Origin: Octopus sinensis
Taxonomy: Eukaryota
Direction of reading: 5' to 3'
Assembly: GCF_006345805.1 (NCBI RefSeq)
Contig: NC_042999.1
Coordinates: 63,116,001-63,180,000, forward strand
Length of the DNA: 64,000 nucleotides
The notes under the pieces are model-generated. The model had not been told where the DNA came from and did not search any database. It worked only from the letters and a program-made list of their open reading frames with translations. Positions 49,461 through 62,015 of the stretch are shown here, one piece after another. The position numbers were made by a program, and so were the translations under genes. The stretch's first letter is position 1, and each line of letters begins with the position of its first letter.

Positions 49461-51232
49461 GTAAATCCCCATGAATAGACTTTCTCATACAAACTTCATG
49501 TATCATTAAGTCAGAAATTGTGTAATGTTAATGAGTGATGAAAAAAAAAAAAAAGTGCTCTGGATTGTCTGCTGGTCTGTAATGTGTAACATTTTTTGAA
49601 AGGCTTGTTTCGACTAGATAGCCAAATACTAAACAAAATAAATAAATAAAAAATAAAAGTAAAAGAAACTATGTATGTTTTATCTAGACACTAACAAATC
49701 ATTCCTGTTGAATATATGCTAGTCGTTCAAGAGCTAACTGTCTAAAAACGTACCCTCTATTTTTTTTACTATTATCTGAGAAACAAATAGAGAATGAGAG
49801 AGAGAGAGAGAAAGAGAGAGATTTCCATATTTGATACTGAAGTTGTTTTATGTTCATATGGAATCTGCAGTTTCAAATAAATGCATGAACAGGTGTAGTA
49901 GGCATGTGCATATTATTATAGTCGAATGCACTAGCTATGAGCCACTTGTGGAAAGAAATGCACACCAACATCTGATGCTCAATCTTCAAGATGATCAACA
50001 ATAAATTTAGTTACACAGGAATTATGGCCTTTGTTTTAAGAAAAAGTGGTACGTTTTATTTTGTAAATTGAGATATGTATATAGCTGCAACAAGTCTTTT
50101 AACTAAAGGTGAATTTCCTACTTCTAAATCTAGAAGTCATCTTTTCAGATAGACAAGGTGAAGAAAGAGTAAAATACAAGCGTAAAAACTAATGACAATG
50201 TCAGTTCACTACCTTTGCAACCATCATGCTCTCTTTTTCCTACTTAGCAAGACGCACACACATCTTTTAGTTGTTTCAGTCATTGGAATGTGGCCATGCT
50301 GGGGCACTGCCTTCAAGAGTTTAGTCAGACAAATCGACCCTAGTACTTTTTAAGTCCGGTACCTGTTCTACTTTTTTTTGTCAAATTACTAAGTTATAGG
50401 GGCAGAAAAAAAACATCGGTTGTCAAGTGATGATGGAGGACATATACGTGCATATATATATTCACGCACAATGGGCTTTAACACAGTTTTCTTTACCAAA
50501 TTCTTTCACAAGTCATTGGTCAGTTTGTGTCTATAGTAGAAGACATCTGCTCAAGGTACCATACATCCCACACCATATGGTTCAAAACAATACTTCTGAA
50601 CTGCGCCGCCATGTGTGTGTGCACATATGCACTGCATGTATTGAATATATAAATTTATAGGAAGCTGGAATTTCTCTTTGTTGCTATTCTAAGTTTGACA
50701 CTTAGCTCTTGTGTGATCTTAGAATTGTAACAGAGTAACACATCAACTTCTAATAAATTAACAAATAAACTCAGCATATTTTATTTGCTCCTTCTCGAAA
50801 TGCATAAATGTTTTAGTGTTAAAGTTTGGGATAGCAGAATTTCACAGTTCATACCAACAAATGGCTGGTATGAAACTGAAGTCAATCATTTTTTTCTTCT
50901 TTTTAGTCATGTGTAGCCATGCCGATCCCTCTGTAGGAAGCTTCTCTTCATCCTCTCTCTCTCATAGTAATCCTCTCATTCCCTAGTATAAAATTCAACC
51001 ACCCCACCTTCCCCCAGGGTTTGTAGTCCTGCAAATTGCATGGCAACCTCAATGGTGCAGGTGGCATGAAAAAGAAAGCACCCAGTTTATGCTGCAAAGT
51101 GGTTGATGTTGAGAAGGGCACCCAGCAGCAAAAACTATGCCAAAGCTGACATTGGGACATGATGCAAACCTTGGACACATAAGATCCTATCCAACTCATG
51201 CCAACATGGAACATGAACATTAAATGATGATG

Positions 51233-51267
<35 letters not shown>

Positions 51268-51269
<2 letters not shown>

Positions 51270-51461
51270 CGCAGGAGTGGCTGTGTGGTAAGTAGCTTGC
51301 TTACTAACCACATGGTTCTGGGTTCAGTCCCACTGCGTGGCACTTTGGGCAAGTGTCATCAACTATAGCCTCGGACCGACCAAAGCCTTGTGAGTGGATT
51401 TGGTAGACGGAAACTGAAAGCAGCCTGTCGTATATATGTATATATATGTATATATATATAT

Positions 51462-51527
<66 letters not shown>

Positions 51528-51690
51528 GTGTGTATGTTGTCTCACACCAACATCGCTTGACAACCGATGCTGGTGTGTTTACGTCCCCGTAACTTAGCGG
51601 TTCAACAAAATAGGGCGATAGAAGTACTAGGCTTACAAAGAATAAGTCCTGGGGTCGATTTACTTGACTAATGACTGAAACAAGTAAAAA
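51268..51690 (+). mobile_element. SINE family A copy with an expanded internal (AT)n
   Basis: Full head; internal (AT)n at about 51430-51530; part of the tail is deleted. Confidence 0.88.
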
Positions 51691-51693
51691 AGA

Positions 51694-51724
<31 letters not shown>

Positions 51725-52504
51725 ATAAATCATGTAGACACACATACATGTACAAGTTTGTACAGAGACACACTTAGTAAACTGATGCTGAACGTTAAAT
51801 AAGGATAAGAGTACATATCAAAATGTTCAGCTCCGATATTATTTTCTGCTACGTGTTTCAAAAATCATTAGACTGTTTTTTTTTTGGTTTAAAACAAAAA
51901 AGAAAAAAGAAACGAAAGCTAAAAAAAAAAATCTAATGATTACCATTGGTTGGCAATGAAACTCAAGTCATGAAGCTGTGAAATTCTAAATTTTAACATT
52001 GCTAAGAATAAGCAAATAAAGTACATTTGAGTTTATTTAAAAATTTGTTGGAAGTTGAAGCTATATACTGTAGCAATTCTCAAATCAATTGAAAGATGAC
52101 TGTGAAACTCACAGTAGCAACAAAGTAAAATATTTCAATATAATTATAAGTTATAATTTCAGATAGATATTTTATAGGAATCATTGTTTAGACATAACCA
52201 GTTAAGTGTCATATGAGAAGTAAATATTTTCAAATGCAGTTTAGTGCTGTTCTTAGGTTTGTTGGTTCCTGTTAAATCCAACCACCCACCCAACCCATGT
52301 CAGCATGGAAAACAGATATTTAATTGATGATAAAAGTGAAGTACTTGTACCACATGGGTAGTACGAGTGAAATCCCCGAACCAAGTTTTCAATGATGTTA
52401 TAGTGCTGATAATTTGTAAATTAGGATTGTATAAGAAAATATACATAGATCGGCGTGTACTTGCATTAACATACTCAGTTATCAATATTTAATTTATACA
52501 TGGT

Positions 52505-52800
52505 GGTGACTTGCTGTGCTTGAGGAGACCTATTGAGTCAAGTACATCAACATCGGTGGCATGTAAAAAGCACCACCTGAATGTGGCCATTTGCCAGCCT
52601 CCTCTGGCCCCTGTGCCAGTGGCACGTAAAAAGCACCTACTACACTCACGGAGTGGTTGGCTTTAGGAAGGGAATCCAGCTGTAGAAATACTGCCAAATC
52701 AGACTGGAGCTTGGTGCAGCCTCCTGGTTTCCCAGACCCCGGTCAAACCATCCAACCCATGCTAGCATGGAAAACGGACGTTAAACGATGACGATGATGC
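52505..52800 (+). mobile_element. SINE family C copy
   Basis: GAGGAGACCTATTGAGTCAAG...GGCACGTAAAAAGCAC...GGACGTTAAACGATGACGATG. Confidence 0.85.
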
Positions 52801-54317
52801 ACACTCACTCCAATTAATATTTTAGGGACTAACTCATATCAAAAAAAGTATTTGTCATATTAACATAAGATCTAACTTGAAGGTAGTGAGTTGGGAAAAA
52901 TGCTTAGCAGCACTTCACCTGTCTTTATGTTCCGAGTTCAAATTCTGCTGAGGTAAACTTTGTCTTTCATCCTTTCGGAGGTCAATAAAATAAGTACCAG
53001 TCGAGTACTGAGGTTGATGTAATTGACTTAACCCCTTCCTCGAAATTGCTGGCCCTGTGCCGAAATGTGAAACTGATACGAAAATCTGAGAACCATTTAA
53101 AAAAATAAAAATGGAATTCATCAGATAGCTTCCACAAATAAATCATATACCATCCCTACCTTAATTTTCCACTGCCAAAATGTAGATGCCAGTGTTTTTA
53201 TCACATCTGTTTGGTTGATTGATTACTGGCATGTCAATTCTTGATTTTTTTTTTTTTTATTACAAACCAGTGAAGCAGGAGATAAAAAAAAAATTATCAA
53301 TGCTTCGGAAGAATGCATATAAAAAAGTTATTTTCTCTCAATCATATATATATATATATTCTCGTTGCTATTATGCAAAAGTGTTTTAAGTCCGAAATGT
53401 TGCTTTTTCAGAAAACACAAAAATAGTTTCACCATTCCATTTCTTTTTACATTAGCAAGTTTCAGCTTGACAATAATACTTTGTTGGGTGCAGTAATTAT
53501 ATCTCCATGCATGTATGATATTTTCAGTCAGAAATATTTTTGTAAAACTATCATATGTGGGACTTACTACACTTTCGAAAAATGCTAAACCGTTGTACTA
53601 CACTTTGACAATTTTCATATCTTGGCATCTGAAGCAGATGGAGATACGATAGCTTGACCAAAAGAACTGGCTATTGCAAGCAAAATTAAATATAAAAAAA
53701 AGAAAAAAAAAAAGCATTTGGCCAAATTTGGAGATACAAAAGTTTAACATAATAGCAATGATATGTGTGTGTGTGTATAAATATACATATGTGTGAGCAT
53801 ATCTTTGTCCCTGTGTTTGTCCCTGTCTGCACCTAACGACCTGTTTTGGTGGGTTTATGTCTCCAGAACTTACCAGTTCAGCAAAGAAGTCTAATAGAAT
53901 ACGTACCAGGCTTTACAGAAAAACAACAAGTAGTAGGGTCGATTAGTTTTTGACTAAAATTCTTCAATGCAATGCCCCAGCATGGCCACAGTCTAATGAC
54001 TGGAACAAGTAAAAGATAAAAAGTACTTCCATTTCATGTGTAACATGCTGGGTGTGAAAACCTATTACATGGAAAACAAAATGCAATAGAAGTACACATT
54101 CACACACACACAATTTCCTTGAAATAGCTTTTATTAAGTACAGTGGAAATATATTGAAACAGTCACATGTAAAGACATATTTCCTTGGACTAAATTTCAA
54201 TATTGGCTTAATATTGAATTAAATATTTCTGTTGATTAAGTTATGGAATGAGAAAGAGGGTTCACATGACATTTACTTTTTTTTTTTTTTTTAATAGTAT
54301 TTTGGATATTTTGTCAG

Positions 54318-54360
54318 TGGAGAATTATGGTAGCGATGGTGTAGGATTTATCTGTGGAAG
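54318..54360 (+). CDS. Candidate 43-bp coding exon of the plus-strand gene
   Basis: ttttggatattttgtcAG acceptor and AAG|GTAATC donor; only the phase-1 frame is open (xENYGSDGVGFICG). Confidence 0.5.
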
Positions 54361-55091
54361 GTAATCTATGGATTTCATTTTTATCTTATATGTTATAGTT
54401 ATGATTATCACAAATGAGTAACTGAAGACTTATTCTGGATTTTCTTGTGGTATATTCCTGGCAAATATATCTGTTAATTCACCTTCATGTCTCTTTTCAA
54501 CTTAAGTTAGATTTCAAAGGTTAAAAACAGTTTTATATATACCAAGACGGACCAAAAAAAAACCCATCAAACCAGTGCAGCCTACATTAAAAAATTTACT
54601 TTTCATCAGGAATTAGTCATTTTCTGATGTTATTTATAACCAATTAACTCGTCCTAAATATGTCACTGGAATTTATTAAGGTGTCATAATAGAGGACTTT
54701 AGGAAAAGCAGAAACATCACAACATCCCCTTATACTCCCACCATCACTTAAGATACAGGAGCTGTGCTTCATTAGAGAAATAAACAAATTTTTATACACC
54801 AAAACCTTTTTGGTGTGACTGCATTTGACCCTTTTGGGAGTTAAGTACCAGTAATATGCTGGAGTTGATTTAATTGATGATACTGCTTCATTATGCTAAT
54901 GTCAGAAATCAGTCAATCATCATCATCAGCAGTAGCAACAGCAGCATCATGTCCACCAAGTAGGCTGCCTGGTTCAATATTTCCAAAATTTTATTCATCT
55001 GCCCAATGTTCTGAATTCAAATCCTAATGGGGTTGACTAAGTATCACACACACGTGTGGATTCAATGAATTAATCCTACTTCCCATTATGT

Positions 55092-55562
55092 GGCGGCACA
55101 ATGGCCTAGTGGTTAGGGCAGCAGACTCAAGGTTTCGATTCCCAGACCAGGCACTGTGTTTATTGAGTGAAAACACCTAAAGCTCCATGAGGCTCTGGCG
55201 GGGGGGGGGGGTGAACCCAACTTTCTCTCACTCTTTCTTCCTGTTTCTGTTGTACCTGTATTTCAAAGGGCCAGCCTTGTCACACTCTGTGTCACGCTGA
55301 ATCTCCCCGAGAACTACGTAAAGGGTACACATGTCTGTGGAGTGCTCAGCCACTTGCACGTTAATAAATGAGCTGCGATATCACTGGTGCCAAGCTGTAT
55401 CGGCCCCTTAACCTTTCCCTTGGATAACATCGGTGGCGTGGAGAGGGGAGGCTGGTATGCATGGGCGACTGTTGGTCTTCCATAAACAACCTTGCCCAGA
55501 CTTGTATGTTGGAGGGTAACTTTCTAGGTGCAATCCCATGGTCATTCATGACCGAAGGGGAT
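55092..55562 (+). mobile_element. SINE family D composite copy
   Basis: tRNA-like head GGCGGCACAATGGCCTAGTGGTTAG...GGTTTCGATTCCC; 3' half matches 12190-12390 and the middle matches 46230-46345. Confidence 0.8.
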
Positions 55563-57151
55563 CACAATTTACCATTATATATTGTGGCCTCATGCCACTA
55601 TCACAAATGAATATTATGTAAAAACTCATCATGAAAATCAAGATTTTCATTTTATATGTTACCTGGTTCTGTTCTCCTGATAAAATTGCTTCCATAAACT
55701 ATCAGTGAATATCTTTGAAAAGGCATAAATTTCACAACTTATTATTTATGTCTTTCTATAAATATCATTCTACAAGTTTATATGAAAAATACTGCAGCAG
55801 AAAATGGCCCACTGTACACACTCTTGTCCATGTGCATTCTGGTTTCAATACTGCCATGGGTTACTTCAGCTTTTAGCTTTCCAAGTCTGATGCATGAATT
55901 AAGTAATATAGGTATGGACTGGGGTCATTTTAAACCAGTATAACCTTCTTATAAGTTTATGTGGCTGTGTCAGAATGGTAAATCACTGTTATCGTGCTTT
56001 AGATATAGAATAGTTGGAGAGACCAAGTGTAAAAATGCTTTAAAGTTTTAGGTTACCAGTGTCTAGCTCCCAGTCCAGCTCAGATTGAACAAAACTTGGA
56101 TTAAAAGGCAGTCCAGTTATGACAATTCCATTTTTATCAGGGATGCGAAAGATTATAACATCTAATATGCCCTTTATTTAATATGGTAGAGTACAGTTTT
56201 ATGTGATTCGAGGCTAGCAGGTTAAGTAAACTTATGAAGTCTCTCTTGTAGGTAACCACATGTTAAATAAGTTAATAACAATAAACAGAAAAAAATGAAT
56301 AAGGTGGTTGCGAAATACATGCCTTTTTGAACAGCACTGATAATTTAGAGAAACGGTTTTACAAAGGGGAATGGAACCAGGGAGTATAGCAACCATATTT
56401 GATGACATAAAAGATGCCCTTTATTTCAGAAGAATCATTCTAGGTCCTATATGCAAAATTGCAACACTCATAAGCTAATTTTGTTTCTAGAGATCTTTTC
56501 CCAAAATATGTGCTGTTGAACATGGCTGCATCTTTTATGTCAAATACGATATGTTTAGTTCACAGAAAAAAAAAAGTAAATACTAATTTTCATAAAGAAT
56601 TTTACATAATAATCATCTGTCATTAGCTTATAATGACATTTTTTCCTAGGGTTAAATATTTTTTCATTTATTCATAAAATTAAGTTTTTTCTAAGAATCA
56701 ATATATATATGATTTCTAAGAATCAACATGACCATAATGCGGAAGATAAATTAGAAGCTATTCAAACACAAGAAAGAAAAGAAAAGGAGACTTAATAGTT
56801 TTTACAAAAAACGTTAATAGTTGGGTAGGTTTTGCTTTCAAACTTGCAGATTACAATAATTTCATGCCTCGTACATAGCAGGTGCTGCAATAAAACTTCA
56901 AATAAATCCACTCACATTCATATGACAGGAGTGGAGAAATTTACCGTCAGACTGCAGTGTCCTCCTGTATACAAAATTTAGGTGTCTCAAAATTTTACGT
57001 AACAAGGTTTATGATAAAGTTAAAATACGAATGATTTATATGACAAACCCACTCTATTAAACATCAATTATTCAGAAATTGAATACCAAGTCAGCATCTA
57101 CTGCCAAGTGGGTGTAAGGGGGTTATTTGCTTTTGTCTTGCTTTTCTAAAG

Positions 57152-57195
57152 AACATGAGTAAATTGCAGCCTTCCAGTTTTACTTCAGAAGTTTG
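57152..57195 (+). CDS. Candidate 44-bp exon of the plus-strand gene
   Basis: tgtcttgcttttctaaAG acceptor and TTG|GTGAGT donor; only phase 0 is open (NMSKLQPSSFTSEV). Confidence 0.45.
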
Positions 57196-57636
57196 GTGAG
57201 TGAAAAACGATAACTCCTTAGCTGATATTTGAATCTACTTGGTTTATCCTGATATTTAAAGATCATTTTTAGATTAAATTTTCTCAACAAGAGGCCTGAA
57301 CATAACATGCAGACTGCTTAGTCATCTTTGTAATATAAAAACCTAAGAATGTGAGTGAAAAGTAATAAATGGCACTTTATACATGTCATATCAAAAGACA
57401 AAACAGAAATTCTTTCTTAGACTATTCCTTTTAAACTGCCCATTTAATTGTAAAGTATACAACAGCTTACAGAATCTTTTGCTTACATAGATATCAAGAT
57501 GGTGTAATTTACAGAAAAGATGGCAAAAACCAATGGCAAAATGTTGGTTGTAAACCCATTTCAATACATGCTTGCAAGAGAAAACATAATAATCTAACAA
57601 TCCTAACATGAGCTGTTATTGTTTCTAATAATCATT

Positions 57637-57705
57637 TCAAACTTTTGCACCACGACGCAGGCTAGCTTTTGAAGCCAATACCCAAGTGATATTTACACTA
57701 TCTAA
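57637..57705 (-). CDS. Candidate terminal coding exon of the 57.6-61 kb minus-strand gene
   Basis: ttttgtctctctatattgcaAG acceptor; only phase 0 is open: LDSVNITWVLASKASLRRGAKV*. The phase matches exon 59757-59803. Confidence 0.45.
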   Translation of the reverse strand, partial: LDSVNITWVLASKASLRRGAKV

Positions 57706-57833
57706 CTTGCAATATAGAGAGACAAAATTAATTATTCCTTGGGATTTAGGTAAATGCAGCTCTCTTTTCTAACAATTAACTGGTCCTTCCTATTGGTAAC
57801 ATTGATGTTATTTGTTAGCCCCCAAGTTATACC

Positions 57834-58070
57834 TATTTCTTTACTACCTACCCACAAGGGGCTAAACAGAGAGGGGACAAACAAGGACAGACAAAGAGAT
57901 TAAGTCGATTATATCGATCCCAGTGCATAGCTGGTACTTAATTTATCGACCCCGTAAGGATGAAAGGCAAAGTTGACCTCGGCGGAATTTGAACTCAGAA
58001 CGTAATGGCAGACGAAATACAGCTACGCATTTCGCTTGGCGTGCTAACGTTTCTGCCAGCTCGCCGCCTT
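57834..58070 (-). mobile_element. SINE family B, young copy
   Basis: Full copy flanked by TTATACCT duplications. Confidence 0.92.
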
Positions 58071-58601
58071 ATACCTGAGTGGTTTCAGTTGTGATCATGT
58101 GACTTTTTGTACACCAGAGTCTAGGGCAGTGGTTCTCAACCTGTGGTCCATGGATCCCTGGTGGTCTGCAAAGGTAGTACTGGGGGTCCATGAACTAAAT
58201 TCAAAATTTCATATATACATACATACATATATACACACACACACATACATACATATATACTCTTTTACTTGTTTCAGTCATTTGACTGTGGCCATGCTGG
58301 AGTACCTCTTGAGAATTTACTGAAACTTAAATCACTAGACAACAGTAAAATTTCTGGCTGAAAATGCACCACAAGTACATTTGTTATTGGTTAGAGTTCG
58401 TTCAGCCTCGGGAAAATTCCTCTGCCCACTAAACCACTACAGTGAGTATGCATACATTACCTTTTCCCCCTCAAATATTCACCCAAATCCTAAACTCCCA
58501 GGTAGGCAGTCTGACATAATGCATGTATGTGCAAATGAAAAAGGCGCGCGTGCACAGAGGCATATTCTCACACGTTTTGATAAACCGCTATACATACATA
58601 C

Positions 58602-58632
58602 CCCGCGAAAGAAATTACTCAGGGGTGCCATC
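58602..58632 (-). CDS. Candidate short exon (alternative first exon MAPLSNFFRG, or internal exon DGTPE*)
   Basis: Donor GGG|GTATGT; ATG at 58631; upstream ttttttttcacgAG (atypical G at position -3). Confidence 0.4.
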
Positions 58633-59294
58633 CTCGTGAAAAAAAAATCATAGTCAAGTCACAGCCATTACACTTAACGCAGTGTGGGAAAAAAGTTTAA
58701 TAGTAGTTATATAGTGGCGGTGGCGAACAGTGCAATATCAATAACTTGAATTTAATCTAAATAATCAGTATGGGAAAGGTGTTAAATGCAGGCGAAAAGT
58801 AAGCGTAATATACGTGCACTAGAGTCAAGAGCGGTTAAAGACAAGCATTACACGTGAAACCAATGTGATTAATGCATACCAAAACGTGTAATTAAGTTAA
58901 CGTACATGCTTTTATCTAGACATCAACACACGCATAAACAAACGCGCCCGCGCACACGTAGACACGACACAAACACAAGCATAAACAAACGCACGCGCGA
59001 ATATAGGAGGAAATTGACGAAACACGCAGGCTATCACAGACACACACACACACAGACGAGCGATACTTATACTCGCATTTGACAGCGAGAAACGATGAGA
59101 AAGTAAAATAGATCTCGGTAAAAGTCTTAAAGTTAACTTTCAGAGACATAGTAGTTTCGCAATAAACCATTCGTGTGTGTCTGTGTGTGTGTGTGTGTGT
59201 GTGGAATGCCTGAACTTTCTGTGTTTTAAATTCTATGGAGTTAGCAAGTCAGTGCGCATCCGGTCGTTGTTTATTTCCATGTCAGTCCTGACAA

Positions 59295-59650
59295 TGCAAA
59301 GGCGTTTCCGGCCGTGACCATCCCGTAATTTTCAAACAGATTGCTTTATCAAATATAGCCTACCTTTCTTTTCTAATTTCTAAGAACAGAAGGGTATGAT
59401 TTGGGGATATATTCGGCTATTTTTAGCATGTCGAGCGATTGCGTAGAGATTTCCTCATTGGCTCGTGTTGTGTAAGGTTGTTGAGCGCCAGGTCAGCCTT
59501 TATTAAGCAGGCCTATAATCGGAGGCGTTCTAGCCGTGACCAACCCTGTATTTATCTGACAGTATATCATGGACTATGTTGATCAATGTGTATTCTCATT
59601 TTTTAAGGCGGTAAGGTGTGATTTAGCTTCTATTGCTACCAGGTCAAGCT
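59295..59650 (+). repeat. Two adjacent copies of a dispersed unclassified repeat (family E); related copies at about 9900-10280, 23255-23410, 39050-39245, 40480-40650, 42100-42610 and 56060-56230
   Basis: Shared block AAAGGC(A/G)TTCC(A/G)GCCGTGACCATCCC...GGTGTGATTT...GGCTATTT.TAGC. Confidence 0.6.
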
Positions 59651-59756
59651 ACCGAGTAGAAAGTCACTGGTCAACACCCTTGTTTTTAGTTGATGAATTT
59701 AAAGAGTTTCGATTTTGTTGTCGGTTAAGAACTTCAATGTTAGTATGTGTACGTAC

Positions 59757-59803
59757 CTCTTCATCTGTGGTTTGGTCAATGCAAGTGACTAGTAAGTCAA
59801 TGT
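59757..59803 (-). CDS. Internal coding exon (47 bp) of the minus-strand gene
   Basis: ctttcctgcgcAG acceptor and GAG|GTACGT donor; phase 1 joins exon 60247 to give ...WHRR-D-IDLLVTCIDQTTDEE. Confidence 0.65.
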
Positions 59804-60246
59804 CTGCGCAGGAAAGATTTACAACCGATATTGCGCGGATGAATCACTGTGTACAAATGTGTGACATTTACTGCGGTATGACAATGTGTGTAATGTGACA
59901 GACCATAGATGGTGTCTAGCGGTCTGTCAGTTATATAAATTTCGATGTGTATAGGTGTGTACATGTGAGTATGTGTTATCGAAATACTAGAATTCATGGT
60001 GCTTTATGGGAGAATGTGTAGGCAAAAAAAAAAAAAAGAAAGTTCAAAGTACAAGAGCCCTAAGAAAAGCGCAAGGGTTTGGGCAGAGACCAAAGTTGGA
60101 CAGTCCTACTTGAAATGATAACATCTTCAACTTCACAGCACACGATTTGTATACAAATAACAGCTTATGAATAAACGTGTAATAACATCAAAAATTTAAG
60201 CGGTTAGATGTGAACGAAAAGGTTTTCAGACGGGTAATTTACCTAC

Positions 60247-61018
60247 CTCTACGGTGCCAAGACGACCAAGCGTCAGAAGAAGCGACCAAGTCACAGGTAT
60301 CCGACATTGCATGAGAGGTACTGGCGCTGTTGGTTAAACACAAGCCAGTCACCTCCTTATCAGGTGGACACAGCGAACGACAACACCAGCGTGCCGGACA
60401 TGTCACCGTGCCGATTCGATCAGAAAAAGATGACAACAACGACGTCGACGGCGAAGATATCGATGATAAAGGCGGTAGCGGTGGCGGTGGTAAAAAGGTA
60501 AATAAGGGTTGTTTAACCGGCGCGGTTGCTATAGCCACAAATGGTGATAAAGAATGGGGTGGTGTGAACGATGAAGATATTGATGGTGTTGTTATTGTTG
60601 TATGCTGCGGCAGTGAGACGTCGGCTTTTATGGCTCTGGCATCACCCTTCTCCGAGTCAACGCTCCAGAAAGCCGGTCTCCAGAGGCGAGGCACTTGTGT
60701 CGTAGTCGTACCAGCGACGACACTATCATCTGAGGACGATCTGGTATTATTACTATCTCTTCTACTGGCAAAGTTTTTACCACAGTTGGTCGGAATTGTG
60801 GTAGCGTGGTGAGGAAACGAAGAATGATGAAGTTGAAGTGGAGGAGCCGGATACAGACAAGGTAAAACGACAGGGTGATGATCACGACGAGGTAAAATGG
60901 CAAAGGGAACTGGTGATTTGCTAGACGGGTACTCCACTGCACAGTCACCGGTACTTATGAAAGAGACAGCACTGGAAGTGTAATAGTTGTTGTGGTAGTA
61001 AGGTCGCTTAAGGATACA
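60247..61018 (-). CDS. Large S/T/P-rich coding exon of an unidentified minus-strand gene (true start unresolved)
   Basis: 257-codon stop-free frame from 61018 to the donor AGAG|GTAGGT at 60247; the first in-frame ATG is at 60307. The antisense shadow ORF 60330-60812 is in the same codon register. Confidence 0.6.
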
Positions 61019-61609
61019 TCAACAATCGAAGTCGCTGTAGTAGTGAGAAAAAGAATCAGTAGCAGACCGGACCGTGACGACAATACCAGCAGTACTGTTG
61101 TTGATCTAAACAGCAGTAGTATCAGCAATAATAGTTCTCGAGGCGATGGCCACAAGCACAGCGTCACTATTAGTGTAGTAATAGTAGTTACTAACTATCG
61201 CACAGTTCCTACAACTAATAGACTGGCCTAGAGCGCTTCTCCTACCGCTAGAAATACTATTACTACTGCCACCATCACCACAGCTACCTCCTGCTACTTA
61301 CTAATTTGTAGTAGTAGTAGTTGTAGTGGTGGTGGTGGTGGAAGTTGTAGTGTTCTGTCTGGTGGTAGCAGTGGTGGTAAACTTTAGTTGTCGGATGCTT
61401 AAACTTATTAAGAGTCAGTAGAAGCACTTCTAACTTTTAATAGTTGTTAGTTATAAACAAACGCCAACGAAGTTAACTTCGGGGTGTGCGCTTTTAGAAT
61501 CACAATTGTAGCAAACACGGTAATTAGCGTTTTCGGAGATATTGAAAACACACACTCACTCACTACATGCATATAAACAGATACACTGACTACACACACA
61601 CACACAAAC

Positions 61610-61640
61610 AAAATGCATAAACATACACACATACAATAAA

Positions 61641-61683
<43 letters not shown>

Positions 61684-61772
61684 ACACAATGCATACACAC
61701 ATACATACACTAAATGCATATATATATATATATATATATCCACACAATGCATACACACATACATACACTAAA

Positions 61773-61813
<41 letters not shown>

Positions 61814-61860
61814 ACACAATGCATACACACATACACTAAATGCATATATATATATACACA
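61610..61860. repeat. Minisatellite with embedded variable-length (TA)n
   Basis: Unit TCCACACAATGCATACACACATACATACACTAAATGC(AT)n, about 4 copies. Confidence 0.92.
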
Positions 61861-61887
61861 GACTAAATCTGTATACTTATTTTATTC

Positions 61888-62015
61888 TTTTACTTCTTTC
61901 ACACATTTGAATGCGGCCATGCTGGAGCACCACCTTTAGTCGAACAATTCGACCCCAGGACTTATTCTTTGTAAGCCTAGCACTCATTCTATCGGTCTCC
62001 TTTTGCCGAACTGCT
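61888..62015 (-). mobile_element. SINE family A, 3' half
   Basis: GCGGCCATGCTGGAGCACCACCTTTAGTCG...TTTGCCGAACTGC. Confidence 0.85.

Noticed and set aside
60330-60812. Plus-strand 160-aa ORF
   Set aside because: Antisense shadow of the minus-strand exon in the same codon register; splice signals support the minus strand.
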